Assembly: GCA_052055015.1 (NCBI GenBank)
Contig: JBQJIT010000023.1
Length of the DNA stretch: 59,323 nucleotides
From: Malassezia furfur
Taxonomy: Eukaryota
Reading direction: 5' to 3' (one strand)
The position numbers and the translations under genes are program-made. Positions 35,646 through 46,400 of this stretch are shown in pieces (position 1 is the first letter of the stretch; each line of letters starts with the position of its first letter). The notes under the pieces were generated by a model. That model was not told the origin of the DNA. It made no database searches and worked only from the letters and a program-made list of their open reading frames with translations.

Positions 35646-36936
35646 ATGCTACCTCCACCTGCGCGGAAGCGTGCAGCATCGAACGACGCACGCATCTTGC
35701 AGCGGCCACGCGCCGAGGACGTGCGGTTGCCAGTGGTGCTCGAGTACCACCGTAACATTGCCCGGGCTACGGCGGTGGTGTGGGATGCGGCGGAGCCGGT
35801 GCGGTGCAATGTCTCCCAGGGAACGCTGACGCTGCGTGCCGGTGAGGCGTGCAATGTCCTGTCGCTCGATTGGCCGCTGGTCGACGGCGTATACATGGGG
35901 GAGGCACAGGACGGGGCCCAGGTGGTCACTTTGCCAGCGCACACCTCGCCGCCGCTCGCACTTGTGCCGCAGTCGCCGTGGCTGCAGTTCGCGTCGGAGC
36001 AGACTCCGGTTTTGGCCCTGGCATGTGCGGCGTGTGGAAGTACATTGATGCAGTGCAGCGGCGCGGCGACACTCCGTGCACTTCCGTCCGAGAACTGGGA
36101 GGAGCTCGTGGATGCGTGGATGTGCCACGGCGACCAACGCCTGAATGCGAGCGTCGTACAAGGGCGTGCGGATGTGGAGCCATCACGCACGCCAGAGCTC
36201 GATCAAATTTGGGTCGGTTCGCTGATGGTGCGCATGAATAGTGCGCAGCTGATGAATGTGCACGTCGCAGATGCTAAGATACCCGGCCCATGGGAGGTAC
36301 GTTTCATGGGGGGCATACCCACGGACCCGCAGAAAGCTCGCACTGGAAACCTACCGTGCGCGGCTGATACTAGGGTCCCAGATTTGGCATTTCACATACG
36401 CCGCGGCGCACGAGCCCCCCTGCACCGTGGCCACAAGGAATGCGACACTAACGCAGGGCGACGCATTCCCCGCATCTTGCGCGCAATGCTCGGCGGTGCT
36501 CGGTGCCGTGCCGGTCCACGACGCGCCGAGCGCCGCGCAACTGCTGCAGACGAGTGTGGTGCCGGTGCCGCGCACGCTGTCCTATGCAACCTACTTCTCC
36601 GAGATCCTTGCCAACTACCTCGTGGAGCAGGCAGACCGGCACGCCGTGCACCACTTCCTCATCCAAGCACTGGGTGCCGAGCCCCAGCCGCGCCTCTTCG
36701 TTTGGGTCTTCCAGCCGATCGTCGAGCTGTGCACCACCCAGCGGATGGCTGTGTGCAAAATTCTGTACCATACGAGCACGACACCCCCGCAGGTTCCCTA
36801 CCACTCCCTCACGCTACCCGCGACACAGTGCGACCTGCTCGCGCAGCTGCTCACCGAGAGCAACGCACTGTACCCCGCGGCACGCAAAAAACTCGCGCAA
36901 TGGCACGTAGGATATTTGCTGCGTACCCTTGTCTAA
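35646..36936 (+). CDS. IPA1: Ipa1/UBE3D (HECT_2 family) protein; one 160-nt intron 36297-36456
   Basis: LACAACG...LRALPSENWEELVDAWMCH is the family signature. Splicing GTACGT...CTAACGCAG restores WE|GDAFPASCAQCSAVLG and the C-terminal CKILY...SNALYP. Confidence 0.82.
36322..36450 (+). ncRNA. Intron-encoded box H/ACA guide RNA, snR81-like, predicted to guide U2 snRNA pseudouridylation
   Basis: Hairpin-hinge-hairpin-ACA layout. 5' pocket AGAA/GATACTA complements U2 UAGUAUC-[U]G-UUCU. AGATTT (degenerate H box) follows 14 nt after the upper stem; ACA is at 36445. Confidence 0.78.
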
Positions 36937-37883
36937 ATACGCTTCACCTTAGGCATCCCCGGGACGACCACCTCGCCCTCGACGGCGCGCGCCTCGACGC
37001 CGATCCGCGGCAGGAACGCCTGGTACCGGATCGGATCGCGCGACTTGAGGTAGCGCAGGATCTTGGCGCGCTTGTGCACGAGCTTCGTCATCGAGCGCCG
37101 GTTGCTGTTGTCCTTGCGTGCACTGCCAAGGTGCTCAGCTAGGTTACGAATGCGGTACGTGAGAATCGCTGCCTGCACTTCGGGCGAGCCGGTATCCAGC
37201 CCCTGTCCGTCGGGGCGAGCGCCAAAGTGCTGCACGATCCGCCGCGTGTTCTCCACCTGGATACCCTTGCCGCTCGCGTTGCGCAGGTCGAGGATACGCG
37301 CCAGTGCATCGGCGCTCTGCTGCTGCTCAGCTTCGCTCTGCGCATGCTCGGCAGCGAGCACTTCGGCCCCCTGGTCGCGGCCGACGTGGACGCTCGCGGC
37401 GTCCAGGACACGGTCCTCGGTCATGACGCGCGGCAGCGACTGGAACAGCGTACGGCGGTCCTTCACGCCCAGTCCAAAGTTGAGGCGCCGCGGGCCGCCG
37501 TATGTCGACGCCTCGGCATTGACCTGAGCATCGTCCGGGCGCGCCGTAGGTTCTACCGGCACGAGCTGCCCACGCCGGTCCTCGGCGAGGCCCCACACCT
37601 CCTCTTTCGAGAGGATAAGCTTGGCAAGTTCTGAGTTATTCCAGTAAGCGTATCCCTCGTCGTTCAGCTGGTGTGCCAGAACGGGGTCGGGCTTGGATAG
37701 CTGGAAGAGACGCTCCATAATTTCGTGGCGCTGCAGGTTGGCATTACGGCGCAAACGCGCGGCACGCCGCCGCTTGCTCTCCATAACAGGCGCACTTGTG
37801 TGTATCGCTGCGATGCTTTCTCTCGGCAGCGCCGCGCGCGCGCCCAGCGCGGCCTGCGCACGCCCAGCGATCGCGCGGAACAT
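36933..37883 (-). CDS. MRPS28: Mitochondrial ribosomal protein uS15m
   Basis: N-terminal targeting-like sequence; DTGSPEVQAAILTYRIRNLAEHL...KDNSNRR...LVHKRAKILRYLK. Confidence 0.92.
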   Translation of the reverse strand: MFRAIAGRAQAALGARAALPRESIAAIHTSAPVMESKRRRAARLRRNANLQRHEIMERLFQLSKPDPVLAHQLNDEGYAYWNNSELAKLILSKEEVWGLAEDRRGQLVPVEPTARPDDAQVNAEASTYGGPRRLNFGLGVKDRRTLFQSLPRVMTEDRVLDAASVHVGRDQGAEVLAAEHAQSEAEQQQSADALARILDLRNASGKGIQVENTRRIVQHFGARPDGQGLDTGSPEVQAAILTYRIRNLAEHLGSARKDNSNRRSMTKLVHKRAKILRYLKSRDPIRYQAFLPRIGVEARAVEGEVVVPGMPKVKRI

Positions 37884-37963
37884 GGTTAGGAACAAAGCCG
37901 ACCTTTGTGTCACGTGACAAAGGAAGAAAGCGGCGCGCGGCACTCGTTTGCAAGTTGATCAAA

Positions 37964-38121
37964 AACGCAAGCGTACGTGGGGGGTCCAGGTGCACTAACC
38001 GCAGCTCCCAGCCACACCCGGTCGTCTTTTGCGGTTCGGGTGCCAAGAGGGCTAATGGTCCTCGTGGGGGTCGAGAACAAAACTGCAACGGTATAGGAAC
38101 CTGTGCACAGTTTCGACAATG
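37964..38121 (+). ncRNA. Candidate independently transcribed H/ACA snoRNA interrupted by a spliceosomal intron (37973-38004); possible snR10 relative
   Basis: Canonical intron in a region with no credible ORF; CTCCCA/TGGGGG hairpin, H box AGAACA 38074-38079, AAACTG/CAGTTT hairpin, ACA 38116-38118. Confidence 0.55.
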
Positions 38122-38551
38122 ACTGCGCAGAGCCGAGAAATTGTAGGACATGTATGATAGTATTAGAAGAATGTGACGTACGAGAAAGTATACATTGACA
38201 GACATACAACGATGCTCTGTGTACAGGCATGGGTGCTAGTGCAGACCGTATGAGCGTCGGAATGGTGCGCGTGATGCTGTTTGGGCGAACCGTGGAAAGG
38301 GAACGACAGGCATACGCTTTCTACTTAAGGAAGTGATGGCGCGAAACCGTACGCATTACATCTTCATCGTACATAGTCACTGACTAGTCATGACGAGAAC
38401 AATTGTCTTGCTATAGTGTTGGCGCGCTTTGCACCATTCCGACCCGCGCCCTGGTCCCCGCTCTTTTTTTGGTGCACAGGCAAACCTCGGCGCACGTGGG
38501 GCCTAGGGTCTCTCCGCACGCCAACAATTTTTTTGGCTCCGTAGACGCGCG

Positions 38552-41339
38552 ATGAAGTTGTACGTGGGAGGCCTAACGCAGCGCGCGCTACTTGGAGGAA
38601 AATGCGGTGGATGAATGGCGGAAGGCGTACATTAACTACCGTGGGCTAAAAAAGCTCATTAAGCGCGTGCATGAACACCATGAAGCGCGCATTGCGCTCA
38701 AGCTGGAGGTGCCTGTCCCGAATGTGCCGCAGCCGGCGCGCACACGGGCCGGAAAGCTCCTGCGCCGCGGGACGAGCTTCTTTACAAACAAGTCCGATTC
38801 GCTACCCCACTATGGGAGTACAGACGACGACCGTTTCTCGGAGTTGCCCCCGGTTTCGCTCGAAGGTACAGGCCTCTCCCTGCCACGTAGTGTTCCGCCC
38901 GACGCCCGGAACAGCGAGGACCTTGAATCGCACGGAACGCATACGCCTGGCACCTCAAGCAGTGTACAGTATAGCAAGGCGGACAAGCGGTCCTCGGCGC
39001 ACGGTCCCCACGTCCAGGAGCCTGGTGAACCGGATGCCTACCCCGGCGAGACGGAGTCAACCGAGCACCCCGTGCCGATCGCGTGGGTGACACCGGACCC
39101 CAAGGCCGAGGGTGAAGACATCGACAAGCTCATTCCGCAGCTGTTTGATTCGGAGGAGCGCAAGTTTTTCTTGGCACTGGACGAGGAAGTGGCGCGCATT
39201 GTGCACTTTTACGAGGAGCGCGAGCGCGAAGCAATTGAGCGTCTCTCGACGCTCGTTACGCAACTCACGGAGCTTGCCGAACATCGCCGCGAGTTCAAGG
39301 CGCAGACGCAAAAAGTTGTGAGCGGCGCAGGTCTGTCGCGCATCTTTTCTTCGGTGCCGCTCAAGATGGGCTCCGAGGAGCTGAAGCGTGCACGGTTGAA
39401 TGCGCAGCACATCCACAAAGATAAGCAGGCCGAGTCTGCTGTCGACGCGGGTGACAAGCGACGTGCCAAGGCCATGGAGCACGTCCAGGCACTCAACATC
39501 GACGCACTACAGCCCGGGACGCCCTCATCGGAGAACCACGACGTGACGCATGCAGTGCATGACCCTGTGCAATACCGCGCGGCCCGCAAAAAGCTGCGTA
39601 CTGCAGTGATCGAGAACCACCGCGCGCTCGAGATCCTCAACAATTACCGCATTCTGAACCGCACCGGTTTCACCAAGATCTTGAAAAAGTTTGACAAGAC
39701 GATGGATTCCGAGGTACTGCAGCCCTACTACCAGACCCGCGTGGTGCCTACGCCCCTCGTGCAATCCGAGACAGTGCCGAAACTGCTCGGCGCAACCGAA
39801 GGTAGGTGGCGCGACTCACCCAGAAATCTTTACTGTATACTTTGAGCACGGCGATGCGAAGCGTGCGCGCGACCTGCTGCGGGAGCCGTCCAATATTCCG
39901 CCGGGGATGCGCGAACATAACCACCACAAGGCGGCGTTCCGTACGGGCTTGTACCTGGGCGTGGCCCTCTGTGCCACGATCCAGGGGCTGCGCGACGCCA
40001 TGCGTCACGAAACGCGCGCAACGATGCCCAACTGGGCGGCGGTGATGCAGCTGTATGGCGCCGAGTTCATCCCGACGATGTTTGCGCTGTTGTTTGGCCT
40101 GAATTTGGTGGGGTGGCAGGCGGTGCGAATCAACACCGTGTTCATTTTCGAGTGGGACGCGGGGCATGCGCTCGAGCCGGCGCAGTACTTTGAGATGCCG
40201 GCGCTGCTCTTGCTGCTGTTGAGCATCTTTTTCTGGGTATCGTTTGCGCAGCCAATGGCAACATCGATCGCGCCGTCGACGTGGCCGCTCGTATGGCTGG
40301 TAATCGTGGTGCTGCTGCTGCTCAACCCCCTGCCGGTGCTCCACCCGTCAAGCCGGCGGTGGTTTGTGGTGTCCTTGTCGCGCGTGTTTACGGGCGGCGT
40401 GCTGTACTCGGTCGAGTTCCGTGACTTCTTCTTGGGCGACGAGCTGAACTCGGTCATGTACTCGTTCGGCAACCTGTGGTTCCTGGGGTGCGAGTACGAC
40501 CACCATTTCCGTGTGCCTGACCAGTGTTCCATGACACGTTCGTGGTGGATTCCGGTGCTGATCGCCATCCCGGCGTTTTTGCGTTTCCTGCAGTGTTTCC
40601 GGCGTTATGTGGACAGCCGCCGGCTGGTGCGCATTCACCTGGTCAATGCGGGCAAGTATGCATCGTCTGTACTGAACGCCTTTTTCTACTTCCACTACCG
40701 CCGGCACGGCTCTACTGGGGGCACGCCGTTTGCGCTGTGGGTTCTGTTTGCGACGATTAACTCGACGTTTACGTGCTCATGGGACTTTATCATGGACTGG
40801 AACGTGCTGCAGCGCAACGCCAAGTACCCACTCCTGCGCAACAACCTGGCATTTGCCGAGGTGTGGCCGCTGTACTACGTTGCGATGGCGACGAACCTGT
40901 TTGTGCGCTTTATCTGGGTGATTTACCTGTTTGGCGGCCCAGCGACCGTGCCGCTGCGCAGCTTCTTGGCAGCGCTGCTCGAGATGCTGCGCCGCTGGCA
41001 GTGGAACTTTATTCGTTTGGAGAACGAGCACCTGGGCAATGCCGATTCGTTCAAGATTGTGCGCGACCGTACGTGGATGCGACTGACCCAGTGCCTTTGC
41101 CCTACCCCACGACGCGGCCCAAGATGGTCGTGGTGGGCGGCGACGACGACGACGACGACGACAAGGACTCGACGCACAGCGGATTCAGCATGCGGCCGTT
41201 CAGCATGCGCTCCGGCAACAGCCAGGCGCAGGCGCAGGACGACCGCACACACCAGACGCTGCAGCGTACGCGCGATGGCCTGCAAGAGGCGCGGCGGCGC
41301 AACACGCACGAGCTCGTAGAAGATGGGGGGTATGCCTAG
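38552..41339 (+). CDS. SYG1: SPX-EXS domain protein (Syg1/XPR1-like); three short introns
   Basis: MKF|ARYLEENAVDEWRKAYINYRGLKKLIK, LNRTGFTKILKKFDK, VEFRDFFLGD, LEMLRRWQWNFIRLENEHLGN. Confidence 0.93.
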
Positions 41340-41356
41340 GTCGTAGTTTCTGTATA

Positions 41357-43413
41357 CTAGCCGCTCCATGTCGCGCCGCCCACCTGCAGGGCCGGCACGG
41401 GTGTGTCTGAGTCGGGACGCAGCAGTTCACTGGGTAAGAAAAGAGACCACATACTCGAGTAGGAAAGTAAGGTTCAGCCCGACGTCGTTCAGGATATGCG
41501 CGCTGCTCATCGTGACGTCCTTGGCCTCGTTCACCACCTGCGGGTCCTGGTCGACGCCGTACACCTGCCGCCGGAAGGTGGCGGCGTACGCACGCACTTG
41601 GTCGGACGCCCATTGGACAAAGCCTGGGTGAGTTGTGCGACGTACCTGACGCCATCTTGTAGTCCTTGAATGCGCTCATGTACCAGTCGCCCGTATTCTT
41701 AATCAGTGTAAAGTAGAGCATTGACAGCTCGGAAATGTATAGGCTAACGTCGCCTTCGTACTTGATCTGCCGCGTGCGCCGGCGGAGCAACTCGGTGCGC
41801 GATGCGAGCAGCAAATCGCGCGCCTCGCGGCCCTTGTCGAGGCGAAGCAGGAGCGTAGCATCGCGCACGACCGTCGCTTTGCGCTGGAAAGGCGCGACAA
41901 GCTCGGCGCTGATCGCCGCAACGAGCTCACTGGCGCACGCGTTAAAGTTCTCCACGAGCAGGTACATCGGCCCCTCCGAAACGGGCCGGTTCGCGAGGCG
42001 CCCGCGCCCCTCTTCGACGAGTGCCACGGCCTCGTCCCACTCGCGCAGCGCAATGTGCACGGCCAGATCGTCCACGGCGCTGTTCAACCACGGCGCGAGG
42101 CTCGCGTCCGTCTTGGGCTCCTTTTCGGCGTCGCCCGTGAGCGTGCTCGAAGAAAGGTCCATCGCATCGCCCAGCACGGCGTCTGCACGCTTGGCATCCG
42201 TGCGTGACTTGCGCTCGCGCTTCATCTTGTTGCCGAGGTCCTCGCCAACGCGCCGGAACGCATTAAGCAGCGCGCGTTTGTCCTGTGCCTTGTCGGTGCG
42301 GTACACATACACCTCCTTGCCGCGCTTGATCTTGAGCGCGTTCTTCAAATCCTTGCTGTCCTTGAGGTCGACCACCACAATTTCAGACAGACCAAAGCAC
42401 TGCTCGGCGACCAGGTGGACGCGGTTGCCATAATGGCGCTTCTTCTGCACCGCGATGAGCAGCAGGTCGTCGAGGAGAAAGAGCGCGACTGCCTGCTTTG
42501 GCTTGTACGTTGCCGCGTTTACCTCGACGAACTGGCTCGTCTCGGCAATCAGGTGCCGCCCGGGGACGTACGGCACAAACTTTTGTGAGCCCTCAATGTT
42601 TTCCCAGAGCGCGGCGATCTGCGCCTTGTAGATCTGCTCGAGGTCCACGCGGCTGCTGCGGTGCCCCTTGACCGAGCCGAGCACGGTGTTGCTGCCCCAC
42701 GGCTTGGCCGCGTCCCCGGCCGGGTCCTCGATCTGGAGCTGCTGGGGGAGCTGCTTCCACTCGGACAAGAGATCCTTGAATTCGAGCATGTCGTTCTCGA
42801 GCGTGGCGATCTCCTTGCTGATGGTAATAAACTCCGAATAGTTCTTAAACACCTGCGTCTTGAGCTGCTTGGACGTGGTGTTCTGCATGCCGGTCAACGC
42901 GTCTTGCAGGTTGCGCAGCCCTGCCTCGTTTTGCTGCTGCTGCTGCGCAGAGACAAATGCACGCGCGTCAAACGAGTCCTGCGCAAACATGCCCGTGTCA
43001 ATCTGGGGTGTGCGCGCGAATGTGTCCCACGTCTCGCTCGCCGGCACCTGCGGCGAGGCCGTGGGCAGCGCCGGCAGGGGCGAAACGCCGGGCTGCGACG
43101 TCTGCAGGTACGCGAGTGGCTGCGGGGGCAGCGCCTTTTCCTCGACCTCCTCGGCCTCCTCAGCAACGCTTGCAATGGGTGCGAGCATGCTCAGTCCGCC
43201 GGAAAAGGTCGGCGCGGCGGGGGCACCGGACGCATAGCGCATCGACAGCCGATTGCGCACCTTGTCTTCGGCGTCGCCAGCGTCTGTCGGCAAAGGCTTC
43301 TTGACGGGCCGTGGCAGCGGGTACGATGTACCTGTTGGCGGCGCAGGCACACCCGGCACCGCCGTATCCTTGGCGTACAGCGTAGTGGGCCGCGAGCGCA
43401 GCGACCTCGACAT
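41357..43413 (-). CDS. EXO84: Exocyst component Exo84; two 3' introns
   Basis: RLSMRYA, VFKNYSEFITISKEIATLENDM, IEGSQKFVPYVPGRHL, PH domain, FTLIKNTGDWY. Confidence 0.9.
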
Positions 43414-43477
43414 CGCGGGGATGGGAGTGAGCGGGGTGGAGGTGGTGGTGCTGACTCAGCCCATCTCGCCACGACCC

Positions 43478-46400
43478 ATGCCAGGGTGGAACCCCGACGC
43501 GCTGGTGTCGCGGGCGGCCGCGACGCACGCGACAGTGAGCGACGTCGAAGAGTCTGCAGATGCGTGGCGGAGTGCTGCTGCCAAGTATGAGCAGAAGCGG
43601 TGGGCGGAGCACAGCGAAATGGGTGCGTAGATCGACGACTGACGTCCAGCGCTGCAGAGCGACGCCCAGTTCAAGCGGCACCAGGCAAATGTTGAGCGCG
43701 CGCTCGCGCGGTTCGAGAGCGTGAGCGAGTGGGCCGACTTTATTTCGTTCCTGTCGCGCCTGCTCAAGACGCTGCAGGGCGCGCCCAAGTTTAATGCGAT
43801 CCCTCATAAGCTCATTGTCGCCAAACGCCTGTCGCAGTGCCTGAACCCTGCGCTGCCATCGGGCGTGCACGCGCGCGCGCTCGACCTGTACAGCCACATC
43901 TTTACGGTGATCGGCGTGGATGGGCTGCGCCGCGACCTGCCAGTGTGGACGCCGGGGCTGCTGCCCTTCTTCCAGAATGCGGCGACGTCGGTGCGCCCGG
44001 CGCTGCTCGACATCTTTGACCGCTTCTACGTACCGCTGAATGCGGATTTGCGCCCGGTAACACATGCACTGCTTCTCTCGCTGCTGCCTGGCCTCGAGGA
44101 GGAGTCGAGCGAGTTCTTCGACCGCGTCGTGCGCCTCCTCGACCAGATCGCCGCATCCGTCTCCCGCGAGTTTTTCCTTCAAAACATCTGGCTCGTGCTC
44201 ATCTCCTCCAAGGCGATCCGCCTGAGCGCGCTCAACTACCTTGCACGGCGCATGCCCAAGCTTCGCGGCGCCAAGATCGATGCAGACGTGTCGGTCGACG
44301 GTGCGGGGGACACGTCGGTGGACACGGCCGTAGCCGCCCCGGCCGAGCCTGGTGTGCCGCTCGATACGCTGCGACCCAACGTGCTGGTGCGTGGTTTTGT
44401 GCACACGCTCGGTGACGACTCGCTGCTGGTACGCCGCAACGCGCTCGACTTCCTCGTGGTGCACTTGCCGCTGGCGTCGCAGGCATTTGGCGAAATCGCG
44501 CGCGCCGACCGTGTGCTGCTGCTCGACGCAGCGATCGGTGCGGTGCTGCGGCGCGATATCAGCCTGAACCGCCGACTGTATGCGTGGTTGCTGGGCCCGA
44601 GCGAAGCCGACGAGGCGCAGCAGGCGTATTTCCACCAGCACGCGATGCCCTACGTCACGGAGGCACTGCGCAGCGGCATGCAGCACCGTGGCGGCGACAG
44701 CGCCGCCCAGCAGCGCCCGTACAAGATCCTCGTGTCGCTCATGGACAAGGCGGCGATCGGGCAGCCGCTGCAGCGTGCCATCCTGCTGGACGCGTTTGCG
44801 GCGCTCGTCCATGATGCGCAGCTGCACGCGGGATCGGAGCTCTTTCCCACGGCACAGATGCTGTTTGAGTCGGTGAATGCCTATGTGCTGTACCAGCAGT
44901 TGTTTGTTGCGCTGCGCGACGAACTCAACCAGCCGGATGCCACGCCGCGGTACGGCTCGGCGGTGCGCCTGTTTGCCGCGATGTTGCGTGTATTTGTGCA
45001 CCACGACGAAGACGCCGTGGCGACGCACCTGCCTGCGCTCTACCTCGTGCTCGTCGAGTGGATGCACGGCAAGATGGGCGCGGGCGCCCTGCCTGCGCCG
45101 CTCGCGCTCGACGTCTTGGCGCTGCTCGAGCAAATCCAGGCGGCGCTGCCCGCGCGCGTCTATGTGCAGCACACGGCCTCGAGCGTGCGCCCGCTCGGGT
45201 ATGCGGCCACCTTCCTGTACGTCGATGGCGGCGCGGTCGAGCAGGTCGCCACGCTGCAGGACCAGGGGCAGTGCACACAGCTGGTCGAGCGACTGCTGGC
45301 CATGGGCCTCGAGCGCGCACCGCATGTCACAGCATGGCCCGACACGGCGCGGCACACGGCGTCGCTGCATTGCTTCCGCCTGCTGCTCGCCACGCTCGAG
45401 CGCCTGGACGCCGCGCAGGGCATCCCGAGCGCGGGCGACGACGCACACAAGCCTGGCGCGACGCGGCTCGAGCCGTTTGATGCTGCGGCTTGGGACGTGC
45501 GGATCCTGGCCTACCTCGCGACGCCGCTCGCGTTTCCCGAGTTTGTCGCGCTGCTCCGTGTCTCGATGCGCATGGCGGCGAGCGACGCGGTGCCTGGCAC
45601 GGTGCGCTTTGCCTCATACGCACACTTCGAGCCGGTGCTTTTGGCGCTGCTCGCCTACCTGCGCCCCGGCGCCTCGGCACATCATGCCGAGGCCGCCGAG
45701 CTGTTCTGGGCGCTGCGTGCGTGCTCGCCGAGCGACGCGGCATCGAGCATTCTGTGCACACGTCTAACGGACGGTGCGACGCGCGACGCGACGCTGGAGG
45801 CGCTCGGCACGCTGTGGCGCTCGGCCGTCGCCTCGGGGCATGCCGTCGAGCTGCTCGCGCCCGTGCTGCTCGTCCTCGACGGCGTGCGCTCTGCCCACAT
45901 GCCCGAGCGCAGCGCGAGTTGCCTGTGGCTGCGCATGTACGTTTCCGACTACGCCGTGCTGCTCACGCTTGTGCTCGACCGCCTGCGCGATGTGCATGCC
46001 GAGCGCGTGCCCAAGACGCTCAGCGTTGCGGACCGCGCCGTGCAGGCGTACGAGTACGCGGACGCGTTTGACCAGGACGTGCAGAACTACTACCTTGAGA
46101 CGCTCGGCACACTCCTCGAGCTCGGCGGCGCGCCGCTGCTCCGTGCGGCGCATGCGACGCCGCACGGCGAGGCCAGCGTGCTCGATGTGCTCACCGAGCA
46201 TGTCGTGCTCCTCTTGCGCTCTGCGCCGCCGCCGAGCGACTGGCTCGCGGCCGGCAACGAGGCGACACACGCGCTGTGCCTCGCGCTCGTCGGCCGCGTG
46301 CTCGCCGTCGAGTCGGTCGACCGTGCGTGGTGCGCAGACATCCAGCACCACCTCGTCGAGGCGCTACTGATTGCGCTGGCGAGGCGCGACGGCGCGGCAC

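Noticed and set aside
36361..36381. Nearer acceptors for the IPA1 intron (TAG 36373, CAG 36381)
   Set aside because: TAG is out of frame. CAG is in frame but has a poor branch point and lies within the snoRNA. 36456 has CTAAC and restores the CxxC exon.
38080..38091. AACTGCAACGG complementarity to 18S GUUGCAGUU
   Set aside because: The opposite pocket strand does not match and the sequence overlaps the stem; probably coincidence.
38160..38365. AAACCGT-N7-ACA resembling the snR30/U17 m2 motif, with an upstream AGAAGA H-like box
   Set aside because: The required m1 (AUAUUCCUA-like) motif is absent and no convincing long hairpin forms.
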